DNA of 64,000 bases from Rhodosorus marinus CCMP1338. Taxonomy: Eukaryota; Plantae; Rhodophyta. The translations under genes and the position numbers were made by a program. The notes under the pieces are model-generated. The model searched no databases and was not told the origin of the DNA. It saw only the letters and a program-made list of their open reading frames with translations. Position 1 is the first letter of the stretch, and the number at the start of each line of letters is the position of its first letter. Positions 1 to 11,659 of the stretch are shown here, piece after piece. The stretch spans positions 3,286,001 to 3,350,000 of the forward strand of contig JAMWBK010000002.1 in the NCBI GenBank assembly GCA_029953675.1, in the 5' to 3' direction.

Positions 1-993
1 TCGTTCAACGATATCGCTTTTTAGGCAAATGAGAAACGATCTTTTGTCCAAGCTTGAGGCGTAAGAAGTTGAGAGGAGCTATCACCTTGCTCCGTGTTAA
101 ACATTAGTAAATTGCGCGTTCGAATGTATCTCAACCTCTCATACGCTGCTTATCAAATGAATAAGAGACACGTGTTTAAATATCTTCTTATATATTCGAA
201 AATATTCCGAGATATTTCTATTTGAGTGTGAATGATTGGACTATCTCTTCGTGGAAGCTTCAAGATTTTGGTGGTAAATTCTGTGTTCTACGAGGATTAC
301 CAATATCAAGATTTTTGGGATAAACAGAGAGTCAATACTAGAAAAAGGAACACTTCCCCCTTTTTAGAAGCAGAAATTCCTAGTTCACACCCGAATAATA
401 AGAAATGATCGCAAATCAGGGCCACCAGCCGGCTTTGCGCTGTTTTTCAAGACCAGTGGAGTTTCTTTATGTAGCTCTAGTTTTGAAGATGGAATCCCAA
501 TTAAAAACTATTAAAGTGGACAATGTCAAATCTTAGAAATCACACGAAACTTGCACGACCCCTATGCTGACTTTTCGTCAGGGATCAGCCACTCTCTTTT
601 TTCATATATTATTGTTGAATTTATTCGTTTGCTCAGGAATGTTATGGTTTTAGGAGGATTTTCTTTTTGGGGGTGGACTGGAAGAATGTTTATCCCCACC
701 GCCCTGCACAGGTCTTTTGTTTGGGTTCGAGAAAAGCCCATAGAGCCAGTATTCTTGTCTTGGTGAGAGATGTGCGATGGTATATAAAGGCTGTGTACTG
801 CTAGGGTTTCCGGAAGGGTAGGGGAGAGGGTTTAGCATAGTTGATGATAGGAAGGAGGTGAATTTATTGAAAGGAGGCGATAGGGAGTTTGGTTGATTTT
901 ATGTAGAGAAGAGTTTCCCGAAATTCGACGGGATCGATGAGTTGAAGGAAGGTTTGTGGTTTCGGAGAGGGCTGGTTGTAAAAAGAAGAAACG

Positions 994-1371
994 ATGTCGT
1001 TTGGGGCGTCTTGTCGCCTGGACTTGCCGGAAAAGGTTGATACAGAGCGGGGTTTTCCCTTTCCCCACTTTGGTGGAGTTAGAGAAGGATGCTTGGGGGG
1101 CGGTAGTAAGGAGGGTTTGACGTCGTCAGCGGAGTCGGCGACAGTGGATTCTCCCCCGGTATCTCCTACATATTTAAGAAAACTAGAAGACAACTTGCGC
1201 CAGCATGCCGCGCAAGTCGATCATCCAAAGTTCCGTCTGGGTTTACGTAGGAACAGAAGAAATTTGGAAAAGCACGTTTCGTTCTCCTCGGAGGTAACTG
1301 TCGCGGAGCCAGATAGTTTGCCTGTCAATGTCGCTTATGAAGAGGAGGGAAATGACCCCCATGCCAAGTAG
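994..1371 (+). CDS. Hypothetical 125-aa protein with a possible PP1-docking RVxF motif (KHVSF)
   Basis: ATG-started ORF preceded by a G/T-rich leader (about 600-990) like those of the recognisable genes. Composition is S/P/E-rich and disordered. No family recognised. Confidence 0.35.
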   Translation: MSFGASCRLDLPEKVDTERGFPFPHFGGVREGCLGGGSKEGLTSSAESATVDSPPVSPTYLRKLEDNLRQHAAQVDHPKFRLGLRRNRRNLEKHVSFSSEVTVAEPDSLPVNVAYEEEGNDPHAK

Positions 1372-3630
1372 GGGAAGAGTGTGCGGAACGGAATTAGTAT
1401 GTGTATAGACGGAACTAATAAATAGGATTTCGGATAAGAGAGTTAATATAGACATTGCAAGAGCTCGAGGTCGTATTGTTCAGCGCTCTAAGCCCTGGGC
1501 ATACTCGGCGACGGGGAAAGCGCTATCCACATCTTCTTGCAATTTAAGATTGTAGACGAATTGATCTGGCAAATGTTACTTCTTTCCCGCGCAAGCCCAG
1601 GAAAGCATGTGGTTCATTCTGAGAAAGCCGCCAAACGCTTAACCACACACATTCGAATTGCGGTGTTAAAACAAAGCGCAATCCGCGGACGGTCAGAACC
1701 AGTTTGTGCTTCTGACGATGTCGTACGAGACCTCTCAGAGTAAGATTCCGCACCTAAACAGGAGAAATCCGCGCATTTGCTAGACATGCTAGTTCCGTAG
1801 TCCGACTCTTTTGTCCGTCGCAACTTACAGAAACGAGCCTGGATGTCTCGCTTGTTGTTTGTACTCAGCTTGTTCCCTCCATGACGGCAGAAAGTGTTTT
1901 TAAGCGCGCTCGTGTGAATGAGCGAGTAATACAAAACCCCGAGCACGTCCAATGCAACCCAACAGTGTACACTCACCGGCCGAAGTGAGTAATGCCCAGC
2001 AGACCATTGACAAAAAAAAGAAGCTTTTCCTGAATATTCCTTATTTTCTTTTATTTTCAAAAAAGCCAAAAAAGTATTGCGTGACAGAAATGTGAACGTT
2101 GTAGAATTTGGTCGGATTGAAAGGGGGAAGTGGACCAGCGCGTACAAGTTCAGTCGATCTCCACGGGGAAAGGATGGCTTTTCTACACACAAATAGGATG
2201 CACCTTACTCCTTCGTCGCTCTTGGACCAAGAAAGAGAATGAATGTTGGTAGCCCAGGGAGACGTATTATCGATCAGCTGGTTGCAGCAGGAGGTTCCCT
2301 GGACTTGCAGAATAAAAGGATTTTCGAAGACCGTTAAACAAGTACTGTTTGGCATTGTAAGGACCAAAATGACATGAAAAGGGCACCTGTACAATGCCTA
2401 CGGAGTTTACCAAGCAGCGGGCATTGACGATCAACTCAACCGGTTGGGCGCAGAGCCCGACCATGTCAGCGACCTGAGGGAGCTCACCAACGCCAAGTTG
2501 AGATGGTGATCAGCCCAAGGGTTGGCAAACTTCGTAGGTACTGCACCCCGAGGAGCGTAGCGCCGCCCTCTTTGTGCGCTTCCTGGTGTAACATAGGCGG
2601 GGACCTTAGCCTCCGATTGAACCTACCAATTTGGTCTTTCATCGTGAGTCCGTCCGACAGGTATCCCCCACATTGGATTCGTGGACACCAGACCTCGATA
2701 TTCATTGGCGATCCAAACCGTTAGACCCCGAAGTACGTGGGATACTATGACCCCTCTTCCTCTGCAAGAGTCGTGGACCTCTTGACTGGTGAGTGATCCT
2801 CAGAGGAACTTACAGTCAAAAGAAGTCACGATAACATACAATTATCATAGAAAAATAAGCCAATCAAAAGACTTCATTAGAGTTAGGAATCTCGTTCTTG
2901 ACAACCATGACCCTTAATTCACCGATTACGGTTTCAAAATACCAATCAACTGCTTCTACATTTAAATATTTATGCAAAAGAATATCACTATATCATTACG
3001 TTAAGCAATAGTTATTCTTAGTTATCTTAATATGAGTTTTAGGAATTTTTATTGGATGTTGTGAGAATCTGAAACATCTGATGGAACAAGGGCTTGGAGA
3101 TGAGGAATCGAGGAGAATTCTTTCTGTTTTTTTTTTGGATTCCCTTGCTGGGAAGATGTTGAAGAAGGCGCGGCCGTATATTGAGAGATATAATAAAGGT
3201 TTCTTGCTCATGAGCATAGACAGAGGAGAAAGGGGAATGGAGAGAGAGTAGTTGCCTTGAAAAGCTCTATTTTGAGCCTGTACTTTAAAACGAGAGTGTT
3301 TGGCAGGAGAAAGCTTTTTTTTTGCATTGGTTTGTGGCTTGCTCGGCTGAAGGTGGTTGGATTTGGTGAGAGGTTGCGGTGTGGTTGATGCTCTTGTCGT
3401 TGCCGAAAAAGAGTTTGTGGTTTTAGATTCCATCATGTAAACATGGAGGCTTCTGAGGACGGAACTGTGGCGCTGTGCGCAAGGATTTGATCCTGCTTGG
3501 TTGATCCTTTCGTCATGGCATCGGGACGGATGGAGCTTCGTAAGGTTCAGTTTTCAACCTTCGTTTTCTTCTGCTTTCGAGACCGCCGGACCTCGTGAAC
3601 AGCTGTTTGACGCCTGTTTCAGCTTGAGCC

Positions 3631-6600
3631 ATGAAGGACAGAAGAGCACGGGGCTTGCAGATCGAGGATTCGTTCGATCTGTTGTACAATCTTGTTGACG
3701 CACTCAGGGGCGGTGATCAGTGCTTAACTTCGAAACTGCTGGCGGACTTGGAGAAGTCCAGTCAGGCGATTCAAAAGCGTGTCTTCTTGCCCTTGTGTGA
3801 CTATGGTTGCTCAATCCTCCACATCGCGGTTACGCATGCCTCGTTTTCAGTCCTCTCCACAATCACTTGCAAGGTTCTGGACTTGAAGGGAGATATCGAC
3901 TTACGAGACTTGGAAAGTGGATGGACTGCACTTCATACAGCGTGCTATTTGCGGAAACCGCACTTTGTGCGCTACCTGGTTTCGAAGGGAGCCAATCCCC
4001 ACAAGCGAGACAATGGAGGAAACTATCCGTACGACCTTCTCATCAGCGATTCATATACAAGCAGCTGCTTTGAAGAGCGCAGAAGATATCTGGAAAATTC
4101 TGGAGGGAATATTTTGGTCATGGGATCAAATGCCAGCTATCAGATGGGGCTCGGTGATAATGATGTGGACGTGTCCATGAGACCGTTAACGATTGACGGA
4201 TTGTTAGGCGTCAGAATGACCGCCACTGGGAGCAAGCATACGTTGTTTCTAGGTGAGGGAGGTTGGTGCTTTCTGCTTGATCGAGGATCTCGAGCTAATT
4301 CTATGAACTCGTCCCCCCTTAGGCGTGTGCGGTGAGGTCTGGGCTGTTGGAGTTGGGGAAGGGGGACGACTGGGACTGGGCAACGAGAACACAAAGGCGG
4401 AAACAGAGCAAGTCAAGGGCCTTCCGGGTGATATCTGCTACATAGCGGTCTCAGAAAGAAGGTCTGCCGCGATTAGTACGCATGGCGCAATGTACATATG
4501 GGGTTCTGGTGTTCTGAAACCCATGAAAGTTAGCGGTCAACCGAAGGTTTGCTGCTCCCGTAGACTTGGACATTCTGCGTTCGAGGTAGAGGTTAAGAGA
4601 AGGAATGCTTCAAACTTGAACTAGGACATTAGGTTCGTGTCTGCTGCACTCGGCGATGATCACGCGTTGGCCGTAGATGAAGCAGGTGGTCTGTGGGCGT
4701 GGGGCAGAAACGATTGCAACGTGCTCGGCTTGGGACATGTCGTAGCCCATCAGCCCAATCCTCGCTGTGTGACAAGGTTCAGCAAGTTGAGAATTCGAAA
4801 CGTTTTCACCTTCCAGAATAGGGTTAGCGTTGTCATAGGATACGACAAGGTCCTGAAGAGTGAGTTTTGCGCTGGCTCACTTGTTTCAGTCCTTGAAGAT
4901 TTCGTTTGGAGACCGGTTGATTCAAGTGCGGTTTTCTTGAACTCCAGGGTTGGAAATGTACTGCTGGGGAAAAGGAGTGCCAAGCCCTACGAAAGTTGCT
5001 TTACAAGTTGCTCGTCCGTGGGCTTTCTACTATCCAACTGCTCCTTTGAAAGTGGTGCTCGCTGGAAAACGCATGTATGCTCTGACAGAATCAAACCAAG
5101 TGTTTTCGTGGGCAGTCGGAGATGCGGTAGCAACGCAGAGGTATGATAGAGAATAAATGTTCTAAAATTCAACTGGCTTAGTGGTCCAAGGTTAATTTAT
5201 GTTCTGGTTTGGTCAATACTTGCAGCACCATGTTTCACAAACGAGCTATCGTGGACATCGCGGGAAATCGGGAGTCTCTATTAGCAGTCGATCAATATGG
5301 AGCGTTGCTCAGAATGCTTCCGAAGGGAACGTCCGGAGGTCGAATCGAACCCGAAGGAAGTTATAGGGGAATCCTATCCGTAACCTCAGCGAGGAATCAC
5401 ATCGTTTGTATCGCTGCTCCTAGAAGACCGGCACTGGACAGTTTTCCTGGAACACGGGCTGCTTCATGTCCCGATGGAAGCCTGCGTAGCTTGTGCGCAA
5501 GCCAACTTGCGAGCGAGGTAGTCCATCTTGAAATCGTGTTCAGACGTGCTTCGCGGATCTTGCCAACCTCGCTCAATTCGTGTTTTCTTCGCTATCAACT
5601 AGATTGCGGTAGAAAACCTTCTCTGTATAGTGGAGATCGCGCGGATGCTGGACGACGACCCACTCATTGTCTCCTGCGCTCGGTTCGCCTTTTCGAACCT
5701 GGATTTGATTATGTGCCACCTTGAACAGACAAGTCTATCTCATCAAATGCGAGCCCTGCTTGCTCTAAGCACAGTGTTGAAGTGGCCTAACCGGCCCCTA
5801 GAATTTTGTCCCGACTTCGAGGAGGAAGCATGTTTGACGCTGGATGCATTTACCTTGCCAAACGGGGACAAGCCGTTAAATACCGAAGCAACCGTCGGCT
5901 CGCCAAAGCTTAGCAGAATGCTGAAGTCTGCACGGCGAAAGCTAGCGGACATTGAAAAGCTTGAGAATCTGAAGACTGCAGGCCACAAATTGCAGCCAGC
6001 GCAGAAAGCGAAAGTGAACACAAAGAAGCGTCTAGTTGAGGATGTGACGCAGCTTCTGGACTTGCTAGGAGCGGATCGCGGAAAAACTGAGTTAAGCGAT
6101 AGCTTGATCTCGGAGGAACACTCTGACGAGTGCGCTCGCGACTTGCGGGAGTCTCCTACAGCTGAAAAGGAGTCGGATGCGATCCCGGAAGAAGCGCTCA
6201 GTCTCTCACCCGAAGCGCGTGTGCAAGGAAAACCCGGGGAAAGCGCCCTAGCACCAATCAGGAGCAAGAAGAAGAACAAGAAAAAGAAATGCAGGCTCGA
6301 CCTCTCAAGTTGCGAAGAGACAGTTCAAAGCCAAGGCGGTCTCAACGCGAAGTCGACGACTCCCGTCCACAATGCTTGGGTAATAGAACGATGCGCGGGC
6401 TCGCCCACGAATATTGGAGAGTTAGATACTTCTCCGACAGCTATACGAGATAGATCGTTGCCTACGCTCCAAGCCTCCTGTCGGGGCGACGATGAGCAAG
6501 GACGCGGCATGGTAAAGGGTACCTCAAATCCCTGTGTAAGCGAACAGGGTCCTCCGGGCCAGGTCGGAGGTAGACGTGAGTATTAGCTCAATGCTCAATT

Positions 6601-7374
6601 CTAGATTCGCGAGAAATTTAAGTCGCTGAGCTTGTTAGTGCTTTGCATGCCTGCCAGGAGAGCCCCAGAAGCGGAAAAAAGTCAAAACCAACTTCTTCCA
6701 ACTAGGAGGTTCTCCATACCAGGGTCACAGATACGCTCCTGCTAAGGATAGTCCTTCGATACAATTTTCTCTTGAGCCACTGAAGGGTCAATCGCCGTCG
6801 AGACACGCCGCGGGGAACTCAAGCTGCCCTTGGGGAGAATCCGTTTGCACGAGCGGTATCGCGAACCTGGCCTCCATCCAAGATGAAGAGTTGGAAAGGT
6901 CGCGCCGAGAGGATGCCAAGACCAAGACGAGCCCAAGATCAAAGGATTCTTCGGATTTCCGGTCGGTCGATAGTGTCAATGGTATGTCAAGATCGGCGCT
7001 GAGTAGTGAGAGTCGCGGCAGCGCATCAAACCAATCCAGGGGCTGGAATGTATCTCGCACTTGCGCGCAATCAATTGTGGATATCCAGGCCGACGAAGCA
7101 CGCCGGTCCGCAACTCTGAGAAAGCCAGTGTACAGTCGTGCTTCACCAACGGAGAGGTGTTGGATGCCGCTACCAAATGACGAGCCGGTAAGAACTTATC
7201 CGCCAACTCACCAATGAAATGGCCCGTTCATTGCAGCTGAGACTCCAAATTTGCTTGTCCTTTGTTCAGCTGAAGGCAAAATCTCTCAGGAAAATTGAAA
7301 CAGAGGAAAGGGCCTTGAAAGCCATCAAACAACAACTTAAAGGGTCCGCGGTGGTCCGCCGAGTTCCCACCTAA
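3631..7374 (+). CDS. IBTK: IBTK-like protein: ankyrin repeats, RCC1 repeats and a BTB/BACK-like region; about 8 exons
   Basis: Ankyrin signature DLESGWTALH. RCC1 repeats include GSNASYQMGLG, GVGEGGRLGLG and WAWGRNDCNVLGLG. BACK-like segment is NLLCIVEIA...FSNLDLI. Frame-restoring GT-AG introns start near 4253, 4547, 4860, 5141, 5518, 6577 and 7187. Last exon is LKAKSLRKIETEERALKAIKQQ...TAA at 7372-7374. The start codon is uncertain. Confidence 0.85.
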
Positions 7375-8477
7375 TCTGTTTAGAGGGTGTGTGTGTAGTT
7401 TGAACATAATAGATTTCAATCTGTCATGAGCACTATCAAAGAACTTTATTTTGAGCTCATTAAATACCAGATGTACTAGTAGAGACTTGATCGGTGTCAG
7501 AACCCAATTGCGTGCATCGGCAGCTGCCGCTCTTCTGGGTCTTGAGACGACGACTAGATGCATTCGACGATGAGACGTGACAGTGAAATTGGGATTCTTA
7601 ACGGTAAGTAGGGTACTTCGGATCCAAGCCTTAGGGGAGTTTCGTAAACAAGCGCGATGTCGATGATCGTGCCTTTTACGACAGATCCTGCTAATCGGAG
7701 GCTGGAACGTGACGAGCCATCGCATCACGCTGCGGACGAGCTGGTACGACAGAACGGGAGGCTATTCATCCCAGCGTTATTCATATTATCGCGCTGGTCA
7801 GCAACGATGTTCGAGATTCCTTTCGCGAGGCGAACGAACGCGTCTTCACAAGTTAACACTCCGAAAATCTACCCAAAAATGAAGTGAACCGAATATAACT
7901 TTTTTTCTGATTTTCGAAAGCGATTACAGCCATCAGGAGGCTTGTACATCAGACAGAAAACTCCGTTCTTCAACCAAAAAGAAGGAATCCACCCCTGGGT
8001 ATATCCGGTCATATCTTTTCACATGGTTCAGTATTATGAAAACAAATATTACACAGGTTGTAAATTAATTTAAAATTCTATCCTAAAATATCACCTAAAC
8101 CTTTTTGTCGCTTTTTTTATGGCGCCACTCGATATTCAATGTTTCTTCCCCTTCAACGAAGGGGTGGGGATGCGAAGGGCTGGGAAACTTTCTGAAATTT
8201 CGCGGAACGGAGTTAGGCGTTTCATGTCGTGACGGGGGACTCCCACTTGGAAATTTTCTTTGGACGTTTCACTCCACCCGTTTTTCGGGCATATAGACGT
8301 TCGGGTTTCTTGGAAGTTAGATGCGTGTTGGTGGAGTAGCGGGGGCGGGGGGGTGGGGGGTTGGAGGTAGGTAGGACACCCAGGTGAGATGTTCTAGTGT
8401 GTACAAGTGCTAGGGAACGTGTGGGATAGTTTGTTTTGGTTTGTTGTTTTGAGTTTTTGCAATCGACGACGAATATA

Positions 8478-9535
8478 ATGTCATATAGAGAGAGAGAAGA
8501 CAGGTACGGAGATCGTGACCGTGAGCGTGATTACAACCGTGATCGCGATTACAACCGCGATCGTGACTATGGGGATAGGGATCGTGATCGTGGGCGTGAC
8601 CGTGGGTATAGGGATCGGGATCGGGATTATGATGATCGCGGTGGATATTCCCGCGGGCGTGATAGGGACTTTCGTGACAACGATCGAGATCGAGATGATT
8701 ACGGTGGACGTGGGCGGTACGGAGGTCGGTATGAAGGTGACAGGGGACGCGATCGAGGCGACAGAGGAGAGCGTCGAGGATCTGCGCCTCCAGACATCAG
8801 CAAGTTGCATTCCTTGCTAGTTCTGAACATAACTTTCAAAACAACGCCTCGTGAGCTTTCACCCCTTTTCGAGCGATACGGAGAAGTAGCGGATATTTAC
8901 ATTCCCCGCAACAGAAGGACGAACGTGTCCCGTGGATTCGCGTTTGTGCGCTACAAGCAGAAAGAAGAAGCAGAAGCGGCGATTGAGAAGCTTGATGGCA
9001 AAGTGGTCGATGGTCGGGAAATTGGAGTGCAGTTTGCCAAGTACAGTCGAGGCAGCGGGGACGAACCGTAAGGACGATTCTGACCTAGCGAAGAACCCTC
9101 AAGTCACCGGACTGAATTGAAACTCATTTTTTCCGCGTTTTCCCAAATTCAGACCGAAAGGACGACGCGACAGGGAAAGGGTTCGCTCACGAAGTCCATC
9201 TCCTCAGAGGGCTCAATCTCGTAGTCCGGAGAGGGATAGGTACGAAAAATGATTCACATCAACAATGCGCTGCCAGATACTAACAAGAATTTCTGTTGCG
9301 TGAAACGATTAGTCCGAGAGCGAAGCGGCCGCGTTCTGTTAGTCCCGAAGAAAGGGGTCAAGACGAAAGAGAAGATTCTGACAAGTACGTATGAATGACG
9401 GTGGCAAACTTGAAAGACTGTGTGCTGAAGCCTTCTCCCCGTGAACTGCCTAGCAGGCGTCTTGATGACGAACCAGTGGGTGGCGATAGTAGGCCAGATG
9501 ACGTAGAGGCCGACTATGAGAACGATCGCGATTAA
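8478..9535 (+). CDS. SC35: SC35/SRSF2-like SR splicing factor with a long N-terminal RD/RG tract; 4 exons
   Basis: RRM PPDISKLHSLLVLNITFKTT...RGFAFVRY...DGKVVDGREIGVQFAKY matches plant SC35. Introns at 9068-9152, 9240-9312 and 9385-9453 give an RSRSPSP tail ending YENDRD* (TAA 9533-9535). Confidence 0.9.
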
Positions 9536-10020
9536 ACCATTGGCTTGGTAGTTGAGCCGAGTGTCGAAGAGCAACGAACCGCCGTGAGGTTTCTGAATAG
9601 CAGAGATTTGAACCGGCGTCGAATGCTGAAGGATTCGTATTCCACGGACCGCAACGGGTGCATCAGACGGGCGGCGAGGCACTGATATTTGTCTAGAAGC
9701 CAGAATTTTGGAATGAAGCCTTGCTTGTTGATGCTGAGGAGAGCGAAAGCATTTCCCAAATGAAAGAATAGCCAGATTGTGCCACGAATCGATCCATAGA
9801 TCCAGACTGATCCAGAGTTGTCCCGGTAGATCTTGGACGATGCATACCGCGACCTAGGTTCCAGGAGGTCCCTGAACTGCTTCAAAAGAGTAGGGAGGCG
9901 AAAAGAACATGCTTCCCGAGGACGTGACTTGAAAGAATTCAAAACTAGTTTTTGCGAGTTAGGTCGTCGAGTAATGCTGACCAAGGACAGGCAAACCGGG
10001 AAAAGCCCTGATATTCCCGG

Positions 10021-10307
10021 CTTTTGCTCGGGGAGTTTGCAGTCCAGTAGACTTATTTCGTCGGGATCTTCTGCTTTCCGTTGGAGACTGGAGGCATTGC
10101 TCGAGGAGTTTGCAGTCCAGTAGACTTATTTCGTCGGGATCTTCTGCTTTCCGTTGGAGACTGGAGGCTTTTGTCGAGGAGTTTGCAGTCCAGTAGACTA
10201 TTTTCGTCGGGATCTTCTGCTTTCCGTTGGAGACTGGTGGCTTTTGTCGAGGAGTTTGCAGTCCAGCGGACTTATTCGTCGGGATCTTCTACTTTCCGTT
10301 GGAGACT
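10021..10307. repeat. Tandem array of about 3.9 copies of a 73-bp unit
   Basis: GGAGTTTGCAGTCCAG starts at 10032, 10105, 10178 and 10251, an exact 73-bp period. Units differ by only a few substitutions. Confidence 0.95.
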
Positions 10308-11659
10308 AGCATCTGCCTGCATGTTTGTGTATATCTGAGTCACTATCGTTGAGCTGTATCTCGTATATCTATCTACATATCTAAAAAAACGCTGTTCAAC
10401 AAACGGCTGGGGTGCCCAATTGAGCAGATTTACGTATGCGATGGTGATGGGTGCGGAACTAGCGTAGATCTCAGGTGGCCGCTGGAAGGTGGTAGCCTTG
10501 CAGGCAATCAACAAACCCGATTCTGAAGTTGTGCCACGCCAGATCCTACAGGCGATGGCGCACTTCATTTTTCACAGTGTACTCGTGAAGCAGTTGAACT
10601 ACGAATTGTCGCCTCTTGCAAAGCCAGATTTCTTGAACAGTTGGAGGACTTTGTGCTGATTGATGCTTTTACATCTCGGGACTACACTGAGAAGGATGGT
10701 GCCTGTACCACAATGGGACAATCGCTATAGAGAAGCACGAAAGGAAAAAGGTCCTTCCGTTTGCATTAGGTTTATCGAATCAATAAACGACACATGTCTA
10801 TATAGAACTAATTTTTAAACATCTCATTTTCTCTCCCGCCTAGAAATATCGTCTATTATTGACTTTTCGTTCCTCGTGCGCCAGGCTTGTAATGCGAGTT
10901 GGTGGAGCCTTGTACCTACTCGTAGGAATCTCACGCAATTGAAAATGAGGGAAATCTATAGCCCCCCTTTCTCTTAATAGTGAATGTTAGATGTGCAGCA
11001 AATATAAAGAATATTTTCAGATTATATCTGGACATATGCAGTCCCCTACCCATACAGATAATTACTCATCCTGAACTAAGGCCGAACCAGAAGGGGGTGA
11101 GTGGATGTTTAGAATTGCGGAATCGGGTTACTAATATTCTTCCCAATGGGAGGGAGGAATGCATGACAACAACGAAACTAAATTTGAGAAAATCTGAAAG
11201 TATATAGATTGAATAGACCTATTCGAAAGGGTTTAGGAGCTTTTTAATGATTGAGGTATCTCAAGGAGAAATTCTTACGGCCAAGCTCGGGTTTAACACT
11301 CGGGGGCCACTGTTGCTTGTTGGAATTGTAAAGAATTTTGGGAAAACGACACAGCAATTTACATGTGTAGAAGACGGGAATGTGCGGAATATATACAGAT
11401 GTTGAGGTGGCGAGGTTGGGAGAGAGGCAGGTGGCTATTTGCTTTGAACGGGTTTGTATTTGGTTAAGGAGAGGACGCACTAAGTGTGTGAGTGGATTTT
11501 AAAATTTTTTGGAGTTTTTTATAAGGTTGTTTAGGATCGTTGCTTCCTCTTGTTTTTTTCTTGGATGAGAAGTTGAGCGCAAATAGGGTGAGATTCCGCT
11601 ACTGAGCGGAGAGGGCGAAGGGTGTTTGGCGGTGTGATCGAGGTTGTGGTTTAGTAAAT

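Noticed and set aside
1400-2800. ORFs 1614-2192 and 2041-2394 and neighbours as genes
   Set aside because: No recognisable motifs or consistent splice model. Possibly old TE debris, but I cannot support a call.
8481-8820. ORFs 8481-8810 (-) and 8515-8820 (+) with I/V/T-rich repeats
   Set aside because: These are alternative frames of the SC35 RD-repeat codons.
9254-9682. Minus-strand ORF 9254-9682 as a membrane protein
   Set aside because: It largely overlaps the last two exons of SC35 on the opposite strand, which explains its hydrophobic look.
10021-10307. 73-bp array as a CRISPR array or tandem tRNA genes
   Set aside because: The whole unit is repeated with no unique spacers, no cas genes are present, and there is no cloverleaf or TTCG T-loop despite the tRNA-like length.
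2277-10730. Long frames broken mainly by TGA (about 2277-2560 +, 10350-10730 +, also 44750-45240 +) as selenocysteine or a recoded genetic code
   Set aside because: TGA terminates well-supported genes here (SF3B5, UMP-CMP kinase, USP). No selenoprotein motifs were recognised, and one frame is antisense to a Copia remnant. Decay or chance is more likely.
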